A stretch of 64,000 nt of DNA, from the NCBI GenBank assembly GCA_013239625.1, contig MU054220.1, forward strand, positions 3,225,374 through 3,289,373, read 5' to 3'. The position numbers and the translations under genes were made by a program. The notes beneath the pieces were generated by a model. That model had not been told where the DNA came from. It worked only from the letters and a program-made list of their open reading frames with translations, and searched no databases. Shown here piece by piece: positions 35,258 through 46,469 of this stretch. Each line of letters starts with the position of its first letter. Position 1 is the first letter of the stretch. This DNA is from Lama guanicoe (Eukaryota).

Positions 35258-35658
35258 TATTTTGGTTCTGATTCTTGGGAACTAGACTCTGAGACAGCAA
35301 CCTACATGCAGGAGGCTGAATAGGGAGAGATCTCGGGAGCAACCCCTGCAAGGAGGTGAGGGAAGCAGGACTAAGCAGAGGGCGAAGCTGAGCTGTGACG
35401 CCTCAGCCCATCCCACAGCACCCTGAAGCTGAAGCCAGGATGGCCCTTCAGAGAGGTCCAGAATTGAGCTGAAGGGGCGGGGCCTGCATATCCCTATATG
35501 GACCCGTCACTGGGTACAGGGAGCAGGGATATTGGGGCGAGATGGCTCTCTTCCGAGAGGAACTTGGCTGTTTATCCTCAGGTACCAACCCTCCCAGTAG
35601 CTGGGGGTTAAATCCCGATCCTGGAAGGGGGATTTGGGCGGCACCACAGCACCCACCA
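35258..35658 (-). mobile_element. LTR33-like ERVL solo LTR
   Basis: agactctgagacag...tgagggaagcaggactaagcagagggcgaagctgagctgtga...gggggatttgggcggcaccacagcacccacca. Confidence 0.8.
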
Positions 35659-36065
35659 TGTGCCAGCAGGGAGACACACAGGGCACACAAACCTGGCTGG
35701 AATCCTCATTTCCTGTTCATGCACACGTGTTCCTGGGACAAGCTCACCATGAACTGGGGAGGCGAGCAGAGGGCTCTTGAGGAAAGGCTGCCTCCCTGAC
35801 CAGCGATGCGGAGGGAGCAGCCTGCATCTCTGGACGGGCCAGCCCTGGGCAGGAATCACAGAGAGACTGGAGTGGCTCAGGAGTGGCAGTACCTTTTCTC
35901 CAGTCTCCCAATCTCATCGGCTCTTCCAAGAAATCTCCATAAACTGCTTCCACCCTCCTCCTCCTTTCTTTATACCCTCCATCTGGGTAAGGAGCCCAGG
36001 ACTCATGGAACCAGTTCTCAAAGTTATCCTTTGTGTAATTTTTATTTTACTATCTCGTTACCCAA

Positions 36066-36250
36066 GTGTGGTTCAGAGCAGATCTCTGAAACAAGACCAC
36101 CCTGGTTCGAATGTTCTGTCTGCTTTCACTGCAGGCCCTTGGTCCAGTTGTGTGATATCACTTGCCCCATCTGTAAAATGGGTAACAAGCTTACAGGGTC
36201 TGCACCAGTAACCTGCTTAGCACCACTCGGAACAGTCTGTGCTGCAGGAG
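36066..36250 (+). mobile_element. MIR
   Basis: gtgtggttcagagcagatctctgaaacaagaccaccctggttcgaat...catctgtaaaatggg. Confidence 0.75.
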
Positions 36251-36959
36251 CTTCACACCATGGTTCTCTTCCAGCCCCTCCTCCTTCATCATGCTCAGCG
36301 CAGCTCAGCGAACAGCCCCTCCCCACGTCTCCTTCCCTCCCTTCCTCACCCTCAGGCTCCATTCTGCTTCTGGAACAGATCTTGGCCACTGTGGCCTTAA
36401 TTGTGTGTGTTTGATAAATGGCTCTGCTGGATGCGCTTAGAGTGCAGCTGTAGACCTGAGTCATGATGGAATTGGCCACAAGGAAGGTTGGGAGTGCAGA
36501 GTCTAGGCTGGGCTGAGAACGCAGAGACCCTGCCCCACCCTCTTTGCGTCTGGCACACTGCGGACCGTGTGGCCTGCTCACTGCCCCTCTGCAGCCACTC
36601 TTAGGGATGCTGGTAGGAAGGGCAATCTCAGAGCCTCCCAGGATCCTGGAAGAACTGCCTCCCCGACCTTTATTTTCATGAATGAGGATATCAGATATTG
36701 AGGTCCAGAGCTGCTAGGTGAGTTGCCCAAGGACACACATCTGGTAAAAAGCAGACTTGAAAGTCTGATCTGGGCTTCTTGACCCCCAGGCCAATGCCTG
36801 CTACTGGCTCACCCTGCCTTATTCCACAGCCCCCAGCCAACACGCTTCCTCCTCAAAGCTGATTTGTTTTGCTGATAATGTCTCATCACCTGCTATCGTT
36901 CTACTTCCTTTGGAAATGTCCAGAGTGGGAGGCATTTCCTGTGGGACCTAGTGATGGGA

Positions 36960-37170
36960 ACTCAGCCCTCGGCTTTCACTGCTGTATTGCTGTATGGCTT
37001 TAGGCAATTTGCTTAACATCCTTGGGCCTCAGTTTTCCCATCTGTAAAATGGGGATGATGCAGATTGTACCAACCCCAGAAGATTCCTGTGGTAAAGAAG
37101 AGAGTGCAAGCAACATATTTAGCACAGTGGTGGCTTAAAGTAAACCAAATATTGGCCATTACTATTACCA
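36960..37170 (+). mobile_element. MIR
   Basis: ctttaggcaatttgcttaacatccttgggcctcagttttcccatctgtaaaatgggg. Confidence 0.85.
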
Positions 37171-37789
37171 GTTGGGGTCCTTGGGGCTGCCTTGTACAGT
37201 CGGGCAGTTTGTGCACTGCACAAAGGCACTTGGCAGGAGTAAGTGGGGCCAAAAACCAGCCTATTCTCACCCCTCCAAGATGTGTACCCTTGGAGCTCTG
37301 TCTGTCCCCGGGAGGTACCATTTTCTAATTCATCTACACAGAGGGGTATCTTTCCTAATTTTGGTAAAGAGGCTGCAGAGTACAGTCCCATGTGTCCTGA
37401 CTGTAATTGAAGGGTCCAGGGCAGGAATCCAAACTACTTTCATCTGGGTTTGCAGAACCTGAATTCCACTATTCAAACCTCCCCCTGGGTCCCATGGTCA
37501 TTTCTGATGTTCCAGAAATCCCATTTCAAATGAAACATCCTCCAGAACAATAACAGCCTAAAAATAATAACACCTTATCATCGTTTTCATTATCATTGTG
37601 CCACGATTTTAAACCTTGAGTGGATTAGCCCTCGTGCAGCTGAGATAAGCTCTCAGGATGGGGTGGGGGAAGGAGCCAGGAGAGGGAGGAGGGTCTGTGG
37701 GCCGAGGCAGACCGTGGTGAAGGCATGTTTCCTGCCTTCATAATTTTGTCCAGGCCCAACTCCAGCGGGATGAACCCATCCTACCAGTG

Positions 37790-37950
37790 CCACCACTGCA
37801 GTTGCAAAAGCAAAAGGCTTCTGATTTACTGGGAAATCCCACTCCAAGGAGCAATATTAATGCCAGTGATACAGCTGATCTCCCAGGAGCAATTCCGCTT
37901 TAAGAGGAGTGAGGGACACATTCCAAGGGAATGGATTTCAACTGGTGGGA
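37790..37950. promoter_or_regulatory. Candidate enhancer with NF-kB and TEAD motifs
   Basis: TGATTTAC 37822-37829, GGGAAATCCC 37831-37840, CATTCC-aag-GGAATG 37919-37933. Confidence 0.35.
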
Positions 37951-38092
37951 CTTCAGGCCTGGCAGAGGTAGCGTGGAGGAGATTATGGGGCCCTTGGTCC
38001 TTCAAGTCATACCCCAAAGGTGGCTGCCAGTGTCCCTGATGCGAAAGATCTGCCTTGCATTGTGGGGTTCAAGTGACATTCCAAAGGTGGGG

Positions 38093-38583
38093 TGCCTTAG
38101 GCCAGAGCCCCCAAAGTAGACAGGACATGAGGATTCCTGTGTGAGTGATTTATTAAGAAGGCGAGGCAGTTGGGAAACGGGGAGGAAAACTAAGGAAAGA
38201 AAGCAAGCAAGGATGTGACCTCAGGGGATGTCCCATGGGGGATGGCTTCAGCTGGCAGTGGTAGGGGACAGCTGGGGTGTAAGTTATGCCCAGGTAAGGA
38301 TGCTGGGGCTCTCGTACCCCTAAAGCCATCAGTCACTGGTAAAGTGCAGCCCGGGGAGGGGCTGGAGGTTGTAAATTCCCAGGCCTTTCTGTCTCCCTGC
38401 CTTGGCAGCAAAGCAGCTCTAAAGCTGGAAGGCGGGGTGGTCCTCCAAAAGCAGTCACAAGCGCTGATTATTGGAAAGTAAAGTGCAGTGAGGCCCAACA
38501 CCTCTTCCCAGCTCCCATGTTCCTGCGTCAGTAGGATAAAAGGTTACAGGGGACCTGGGCTGGATGCCTATAATATCTGCCAG
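38093..38583 (-). mobile_element. ERVL solo LTR (LTR33/LTR67-like)
   Basis: tgccttaggccagagcccccaaagtagac...gattcctgtgtgagtgatttattaag...ggggacctgggctggatgcctataatatctgcca. Confidence 0.65.
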
Positions 38584-38849
38584 ATGGGACCAAGGGAGGT
38601 AGAATCTTAAATGCCTCCTCTTTCCCCCGTGGAACAGTCATCTCCAGGAGTGAAGTTTTCTAATATTCCAGTCCGAAGTGCATTGGAAACATCCTATTTG
38701 ATCTGTCCCTCCCTGTTGAAAACCCGGAGTCTGTGGGCGGATGGATGGGTGGGCGCCACCAAGGGTCGCGATGCCTGTTCTCATCCAGCTGGGACTTTCT
38801 ACCCCCGACATCTGGATCCTAGGGCTACTGAGGCTTTCCTTTCACTTTT

Positions 38850-39150
38850 TTTTCCTAATGGCCACTTTTGCAAATATTACTGAGTGGAGCTGGATTACTA
38901 ATGTAATTTTACCAAAAAAAAAAAAAAACCCAAAAACCCACTTCATACACATCAGCGAAAGGAGTATGGCAGATACACATGCTCCAGCCAATTTTCAGTC
39001 TCCCCGGGCCTCACTGCAGCGCAGGCTGCATTTTAAAACGCCAGCTGGTTCCCAGGCCAGCCTGGAAAGGAGCAGGATAAATGGAGCTGTCGAAGGTGAA
39101 GGATGGCTCTCCATTTGTCCTGGGGCTAACTTGCCCCCGTTTGGTTGTTT
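38850..39150. promoter_or_regulatory. Candidate conserved enhancer island
   Basis: Unique sequence with CTAATG twice, GGATTA, GTAATT and TTTGCAAATA. Confidence 0.3.
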
Positions 39151-39162
39151 AACCAACAGAGG

Positions 39163-39601
39163 TGTATTGAGTTGAATTGCATCCTCCCCCAATTCATGCC
39201 AACCCAGGACCTCAGAATGTGACCTGTTTTTGGAAATGCGGTCTTTGCAGATGTAATTAATTGGGATGAGGTCCTACTGGTTTAGTGTGGGCTCTAAATC
39301 CAATATGATCGGGGTCCTTATAAGAAATGGAGAGGAGACACATCCGGGGGAACGCACGACGGGGCGGAGGCAGGGATTGGACTGATGGGACTACAAGCCA
39401 AGGAACAGCCAGGACTGCCAGCAGCCACCACACGCAAGGGGAGAGCCGCATAACAGATGCTCCCTCAGAGGCCCCAGAAGGAACCCACCTGCCAGCACCA
39501 GGATTTTGGACTTTCAGCCTCCAGACTGTGAGATAAGACATTTCTGTTTAAAGCCACCTAGGCTTTGTAATTTGTTAAGACAGCCCCAGGAAGCTAATGT
39601 A
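39163..39601 (+). mobile_element. MLT1B/C MaLR solo LTR
   Basis: tgtattgagttgaattg...acctcagaatgtgacctg...ggtctttgcagatgtaatt...cagcctccagactgtgaga...ggaagctaatgta. Confidence 0.9.
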
Positions 39602-39896
39602 GGAAGAAAGCAGAACCATCAGCCCCGTGTCAGGTCAGTTCAGCCGTCAGCCCCGTGATAGACTCATGTTCCTTCCTCCCAGGCCCCTCCAGGCTCCAGG
39701 AGGCTGAGGAAGCGCGTGTCTGAGCCCCTCCCCCACCATGGTACTGCTTTGCTGGAAGTTGGAGAGCACTTTACCCTCCCTGGGCTCCGCCAGACCCTGA
39801 GACACAGGGACCAGTAATGACTCCACTTGGACACCTGGATCTGTCAGTGGATGGAGGTCCTCCCTGGATTTTCAGAGACCCTGAGTGTATGGTGGA

Positions 39897-40288
39897 TGTG
39901 TTAGTCAGGGTTCTTCAGAGAAACAGCACCAACACAATGTACATAAATATACATATGTCCAGGGAAATATATAGAATGTATAAAAAAGTGTATAAGAATG
40001 TTTGTGTGTATATAGGGAGAGTTTTTTTTTTTTAAGTAGGCTCACACAACTATGAAGGCTGGCAAGTCTAAAATGTGCTGGATGGATGAGTAGATGGGAG
40101 GCCCACGGAAGAGCCAATGTTGCAGTTCAAGTCCAAAAGCCACTTGCTAGCCGAATTTCCCCTTACTTGGGGAGAGTCAGTATTTTGTTCTAGTCAGGCC
40201 TTCAACTGGTTGGATGAGGCCCACCCAAATTATGGAGGGCCATCTGCTTTACTCAAAGCCCACTGATTTAAATGCTACTCTCATCCAC
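39897..40288 (-). mobile_element. MLT2 (B/C-like) LTR, truncated by L1
   Basis: tgtgttagtcagggttcttcagagaaacag...ggatgaggcccaccc...ctgctttactcaaagcccactgatttaaatg. Confidence 0.9.
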
Positions 40289-40290
40289 CT

Positions 40291-40859
40291 CCCATGCTCT
40301 TGGACTGGAAGAATTAACACTGTTAAAATGCCCAAAGCAATCTATAGTCCATGACACTTTTCACAGAACTAGAACAAATAACTCTAAAATTTATACAGAA
40401 CCATAAAAGACCCAGAATTGCCAAGCAATCCTGAGGGAAAAGAACAGAGGTGGAGGCATAGCTTTCCCAGACTTCAGAAAATACTACAGAGCTACAGTAA
40501 TCAAAACACCATGGTATTGGCACAAAAACAGACATGGATCAATGGAACAGAATAGAGAGCCCAGAAATAAATCCACACACTCACAGTCAATCTTCTACAA
40601 AGGAGGCAAGAATATACAATGGGGAGAAGAGAGTCTCTTTAGCAAGTGGTGTTGGGGAAGCTGGACAGCCACATGCAAATCAATGAAGTTAGAATACTCC
40701 CTCACACCTTTGCAAAAATAAACTCAAAATAGCTTAAAGACTTTAATGTAAGACGTGGCACCATAAAACTCCTGGAAGAGAACATAGGCGAACATTCTCT
40801 GCCATAAATTGTAGCAATGTTTCTTAGCTGTCTCCCAAGGGAATAGAAATAAAAGCAAA
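40291..40859 (+). mobile_element. L1 ORF2 internal fragment (relatively well preserved)
   Basis: Encodes PCSWTGRINTVKM, PDFRKYYRATVIKTPWYWHKNRH and DQWNRIESPEINPH; no 3' UTR or poly(A). Confidence 0.95.
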
Positions 40860-41059
40860 GGTGGTATGTGTGAGAGGCAGAGTGATGGCCAGAGTGAATA
40901 ACTCTAGTGAAAAACGAGGTGCTTGGTCTCACGGGGACTTTGTTTCAGGTGTTCCTAGAGGCCGGCAGGCATTTCTCTCCCTTTTATGGTGGCAGAAGCC
41001 TGTCCTTGGGCAGGTGCCCCCTCTCTCTTCACCCCACAGCTCAGAGGCTAAGGCTAAGC

Positions 41060-41377
41060 CAGGGGTCAGCAAACCTTCCCTGTAAAGGGCCAGCCAGGAG
41101 ATATTTGGGGCTTTGAGAGCCACATGGTGTCTGGCACCGTGACTCAACTCGGCTCGTGTCCACACTCTGGAGATAGAAATTCTGCCTTAAGAAGAACATT
41201 CCACTACAGGGCTCTTGTCTGCTTTCCAAAGTGCACAGGGACTTAAAATGTAGGCACCCAAATGGCCGACACATAAATGACCCTGACCAGCAAAAGAGCA
41301 GGTGTAGGGGCCGCAGAACCAAAATGGCATGACTGTGTTCCAGTAAAACTTTATTTACACAAGCTTGTCAACCTCTG
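41060..41377. mobile_element. MER58A (hAT-Charlie) with an internal foreign insert
   Basis: TIR-like ends caggggtcagcaaac / ttgtcaacctctg; internal ctgtaaagggccag and ctgtgttccagtaaaactttatttac. Confidence 0.85.
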
Positions 41378-41859
41378 ATCTAGATGAGAGAGAGGGATTG
41401 CTGATTCTGACGGGCAGGTGGGTAATGACTCAGGAAATCCTTAAGTCGGTGATCACCCACCCCCTCACTCCACACTGTCTCTTCTGCTCTCGTGGAGCCA
41501 AGCTCTCTTTTCTCCAGGCATCCCCATCAGATGTGAGGGGCCACAGTGATGGATGTGGCTCCGTGTCACAACACTCCACGCTCCTGGAAGAAGAGTCGCT
41601 AAGGAGATCACGCCCACAGGAGTGGGAGGCGAGGGCCTGGGGTCTGTGAGGATATTTTAAGACCTAAAGAAATGGTGTGGTGGCTTGTATAGTAGTGCTG
41701 GGGCCATCTTGGGGACATGCCTGACTGTCTCCCTTCTACTCGCCTGTGGCCTCCTCCCCCTGACAAGTGGGAGGACATGGAATACCGGCAGAAGGAGGAA
41801 GAGAGGCTGGAGGGAGGCAGAGGAGGGAGCTCCGGCAGCTCCGCCGTGAACCTTCCCCT

Positions 41860-42330
41860 CATGACAGATTGGTTACGCTTTACACAATGAAAGGGATCAT
41901 CGCCTTCTATTTCAGCTGGGGTCATTACCCCTCAGTTCTGTAGAGGCACATCCGAGGCTTAATTTTTTGTTGTTTGCATATGAGATCATTTCAATTAAAG
42001 CGAATTGGAAACAGTTTCCTCTGTTTCTTTAGCAAACAGAGCCTTATTGCCTCCCACCCAAAAAAGAAAAAAAAAAACCCAAAGACTATAATTTTAAAAA
42101 CAAAACAGCCCTTAAACAGAGATGGACAGTCTTTGGGTGAAAAGACTTTTGTATATATAGGGATTTTATTAGGAAAAACACGTTGGTCACCTTCTGCTAT
42201 AAGTCACTGAACTTCGGAACTAATTGAAACAATCTAACACAGTGGGATTGCCCTTTTTTGTTTCTTGGTGTTACTCGGATCTTCTGTCAGTCTGATTGGA
42301 TGCCAGGCAGACTTTTCCACGTGTAGAAGG
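41860..42330. promoter_or_regulatory. Candidate conserved enhancer island
   Basis: Unique sequence with TGACAG, ACAATG, TTTGCAT, CAATTAAA and CTAATTG. Confidence 0.35.
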
Positions 42331-42344
42331 GAAGTGATTGGGGG

Positions 42345-42490
42345 TGGGTACAGCCTCCAATTGCTGAGTCGTAAGAATCACTTGGGATGGCTGCTTAAAT
42401 ATGGATTTCTGAGCTCTGCCTGTGAGAACAGAATCTCGGAGGAAAGGGGCCAATCAGTATCTTTAACATTTGCCCCAGCTAGGTGTGTGG
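42345..42490. mobile_element. MER5A-like hAT element
   Basis: agaatcacttgggatggctgcttaaatatggatttctgagctc...cagaatctc...tatctttaaca. Confidence 0.6.
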
Positions 42491-42559
42491 AGTTTGGTGT
42501 ATGACGCAAAAAATGCACAGGTAGAGCAAAGAGGCTGATTTGATGCCTGGGAGGTCAAG

Positions 42560-43061
42560 GGGAGCCAAAGTTATAAGGCGGCAGAACCCATAAATAAGCA
42601 AATACCTCGAGGTAATAAAAAAGAGACTAGAAGGTGACAACTCCAGTTTATCATGAAAGGAGAAAAAGGTCCATAAAAAGAAGCAGAGACTGAGAGTAGC
42701 CATGTGAGTGGAGAAGCCTCAGAAGAAAGGTGCGTGACACAAGGCAAATGCAAAACCAAACAAATGAAAACCAGCCAGCCAGCAAGCAAGAAGGCGGCAC
42801 AATGTTAACAGTAGACAAAGTGGAACTGAAGCCTAAAAGCACGTATCACTGCAACATATAAGGATGTAGGACGTATTTTATAGAGAAGATGTTATAATTG
42901 TAAACACATATGTAGCAAACACCAAAACAACTAAGCACAGGGCAAAAAGTTTTAGAGATGGAAGGAGAATTGCCCCCCAAATAAAATTTAAGTTGAGGAT
43001 TTTTTAATACATCCTTTTCAGAGTTGGACAGATCCAGTAGACCAAAAAGAAGGACACAGAG
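42560..43061 (+). mobile_element. Old L1M ORF2 endonuclease-region fragment
   Basis: aacagtagacaaagtggaac...ataattgtaaacacatatg...ggattttttaatacatccttttcagagttggacagatccagtagacc (like GDFNTPLS.LDRSSRQK). Confidence 0.7.
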
Positions 43062-43397
43062 AAATGCTGTCCATTTACAAAAGCCCCTCACCACATGAGG
43101 CTACTGAGCACTGGAAACGAGGCAAATTGAGTTGAGATGTACTTTAAGAGTAAGATATAGATACCAGATTCCAAAGACTATGTACAAAAAAAAAATAGAA
43201 AGTAAAATATCTCATTTATAATTTTTATATTGATTATTTGTTGAAATGATAATGTTTTGGATGTACTGGTTTAAGTGAAGTATGTTATCAAATCAATTTC
43301 ACATGTTGATTTTTACTTTCTAATATGGCCAATAGAAAATGTAAGTTTACGTGTATGTAATAATAAACTTACATTATAGTTCTACTCGATAGTGTTG
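43062..43397. mobile_element. MER33-like hAT-Charlie element nested in L1
   Basis: ccacatgaggctactgagcactggaaa...aaaatatctcatt...ttgaaatgataatgttttgga...; termini aatgctgtcca / tcgatagtgttg. Confidence 0.85.
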
Positions 43398-44074
43398 ACT
43401 TAGAAGAATCAAATAACATCAGCAGCAAGTGATTCTGTGAGGCCCCATCATTTCCTAGTTCCCAATTTTGTATTCCAAAACCTTCCTCGTATTCCATGTG
43501 CATCCTCACAACCGTTGCCCCTCGCTGGAGCGTGGCAAGCGGGAAGTCTGTTGTGATACAAGGAGGAGAAGTTGTCGATCCTGACCTTCTTTGTTTCTAC
43601 CTCCTAGGGGAATTTGGGTCTTAGATTTGTTATTTATAAGATAAAAATAAATCCCACCAGCAGGGCTGCTGTGAAGATTAAATGAGATAATGTACTCTCA
43701 CATTTTGGGAGAAGACAAAGTTAGGGATCAAAGAGACATGATGGGGCAGCCCACAAATTTTGTTTCCTGCCCCTAGGCCCCATGAAAGCTCAGAACCAGA
43801 GGTCCCCAGGGTACAGGGCTGGAGAAGCTGCGGGAGTGGATGGAGGTTGGTGTGCTGGAATTTCCCACCCTGAGGGTTTCCCTCTGTGGCCTTCAGCCAG
43901 GGCCCCAGTCAAGAGATGGCATAGCATCATGAATTAAGACAATTTCTTCCCTCACTTTAGATTCCTTAGAACTAAGACAACGCCACTTCAGCTGCAGTGT
44001 CAGGATTTATCTTGACTCTCATTGTAGGTTCATGGTAAGTTCAAGCCAGAAAGCTGAGTATTCACCTGGTAAAA

Positions 44075-44368
44075 TTAAGATTATCAGCTTCTCCCAGTTT
44101 ATCTGGAAACTTCCCAGTTTTATTGCTGAAGTCTCACATTCTGGAAAACTCTTAAACCAGGACGGTTGATACCCTGAGTGGTGATGTTCCTCAAATCCAG
44201 GTTTTAGAGACCTGTCCTTGTTAGCAGAATTACCCTGGGACATTTGTGAAGACACAGATAGGTCCCTGGACCCACCTCCCTCACTCAGAATCGCTAGGGC
44301 AGTGGTCCCAAAACTGGGACCCCAGGTCTCCAGGTGACTCTGATATTCAGCCAGGACTGGGGACACTG
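44075..44368. mobile_element. MER94-like (44075-44175) and MER5-like (44180-44368) hAT elements
   Basis: tcccagtttatctggaaacttcccagtttt...ggacggttgataccct; cagaattaccctggga...ccaggtgactctgatattcagccagg. Confidence 0.6.
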
Positions 44369-45049
44369 ATGAGCACAGCTGTTTTGTTTTGTTTTTTGGA
44401 TGGAGAAACTGAAGTCCTGGCTAAAGGTCCCACGCTGAGATAATTATGGTGCCTCCTTCTTCATAGTGATTCCAAATCACAGATGTATGAAAAGGTTTGT
44501 AAAGTAGGTATAAGAATGTAAAACAAAGTTCTGATGTTCCCTTTTGAGGTCTATTTCCATCCTTTTTTTTTTTTTAATAAAAGTCTTCTGTAGGTCACCT
44601 CTTCTTCCCTTGCTTACTTGGTCTGTCTGGTGGGGTGATCCAGCCTCACGCAATAGCGTGCCCAGGTGGGAGCCCGGACCCCAGCGCCTCATGCAGAGGT
44701 GGTGCCTGCAGCCAGAGCTGTTTTGAGAGTTCTGGGTTCCTCTCCCAGACGTGGGAAGCACCCAAACACAGAAAGCAGAGCAAAAAGCTCCCCTAGAAAT
44801 GATCAGACGAGAGTGGAGGTTGATGGTGAAAAGAGGGGACAGACCCAGCTCCACCAGATTCTCTGCAGCAGCTGGACATCCAGGGTGAAAGTTAGGGCCC
44901 TTCGGTTACCAATTCAGAGAAAAGAGAATCATCTTTTCAAATACACAGACCACTTATTGCATGTCCATTTCCTGCTCAGTCCTGCTCAATCAAACCCAGG
45001 CCTTATTCCCATCATCTGGACCCTTGGTTGCCAGTCTTTTCTTTTCTTA

Positions 45050-45290
45050 GAAAGGAAACAGCATGTAGCCTGGAAACAGCTTCAGCTCTGGAGCTAGACA
45101 ATCTGGATCCAAAGTCTAGCTTTGCCACCTTCTAACAAGTCACTTAGCCCCTCTGGGCCTCAGAATTCCCAGTTGAGAAACGGGCGATGGCACTGACCCT
45201 CCAGTACCGTTGTGAGGATTAAAGGCGATGCATGTGAACGTCCCTGGCACACACTAGGAGTCCATAAATAATGATAAAGTGATAACTGCA
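45050..45290 (+). mobile_element. MIR
   Basis: gctctggagctagacaatctgg...aagtcacttagcccctctgggcctcag...gttgtgaggattaaa. Confidence 0.85.
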
Positions 45291-45764
45291 TGATCCGAAT
45301 AATATGTGTAAAGTGCCCGGTTTGCACTAAGCGCTCAGCTGGTGTCTCTGACACAGTCTTCACTCCCCAGAGACCCTGGGTTCCCAGTGGGAAGATTCTA
45401 CATGAATAAAAAGAAAAGGATGTTACCCAGAGAAAAGCAAATGGACCAGCAAAGACACCCAGGCAGTTGGTGTTTTCTGGCTGCGAGGCCTGCCCTAGTT
45501 TATTTTGGCAGCTGCTTCCACCATCCGTGATGGAAAGAGAAAGGGAAGAGAAATGGCAGTAAAATAAATGGATCCACCAAGGAGAGACACTGTTTGGTTC
45601 CAGCTTCCGAAGGAGAACCAGCTGCCCTGGTGAAGGAGATGCTATGGGTCCCTGGATTCTGGTCTGGCCTTTGAATGCTTGCCCTCAACCTGAATGTTTC
45701 CAGAGTAACTGGGCTGGGAGGCGTTCAGGTCGTGCTAAATTCAGTCATAGACTTGCTCCAAATG

Positions 45765-46301
45765 GTAACCGTTTCAGGAATGGCTGCTGTGTGACGAACC
45801 ACCCCCAAACTTAAAACAGTGACAGCCATTTATTTGCTCAGGATTCTGTGACCTCCATGGGGGTCAGCTGGGGTCTGTCTTGTGTGGCTGCATTCAAATG
45901 GCAGTTTGGGACAACGATCTAAGATGTTCTCACGCACGCGTCTGGTGCTTTGCGGTGCTTCGGTTGAGACAGCTGGGTGGCTGGGGGGAGGACGTGTCTC
46001 TCCCCAACGTGGCCTCTCCTTCTCAAGGAGCCTAACCCAGGCTTCCTTACATCTCCATGTCTCAGGGCAGCAGGAGACTGAGATTGGAAGCTGCCCACCT
46101 CTTTGAGTCTGGGCTCTGGAACTCTCTCAGGGCCTCTCTTGCCATATTGTATCGGTCAGAGCAGTCACACATCAACCCAGATTCACAACTGAGAGGAGGG
46201 ACTCCACCTCTTGAAGGAAGGATTTGCAATCCACACTGCAAGGAGTGTGGATGCAGGGAGAGGTGACTCATCCGGGGCTGTCGTTATAATGATCTGTCAC
46301 A
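45765..46301 (-). mobile_element. MLT1H-like MaLR solo LTR
   Basis: gctgctgtgtgacgaaccacccccaaactta...tttatttgctcaggattctgtg...ggtcagagcagtcac...cccagattca...gactccacctcttga. Confidence 0.8.
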
Positions 46302-46469
46302 GCCACAGCGGCACAGAGCACTAGAGTGTGGCATTCAAGGCCTTGTCCTCTGGCTCCAGTGCCCTTTCGCCCCCCTGGTGGATTTCTCTTCTCCACCTTC
46401 CTTCTCTGAGCACCTCAGACCCTTTTCCTCCTCTGGGGCTTTGCTGGTGGGTCTCCTTTGGCAGGGCTC

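Noticed and set aside
35806..36414. Longest ORF in the track (202 aa) and overlapping ORFs
   Set aside because: Runs through a MIR, has low-complexity S/P/L composition, shows no recognisable domain and has no promoter or splice context; this is expected by chance in GC-rich DNA.
46366..46382. CTCF-like motifs (also ~23043, ~19265, ~62875, ~7068)
   Set aside because: Each has an indel or a mismatch at core positions and cannot be supported without a PWM scan or ChIP data.
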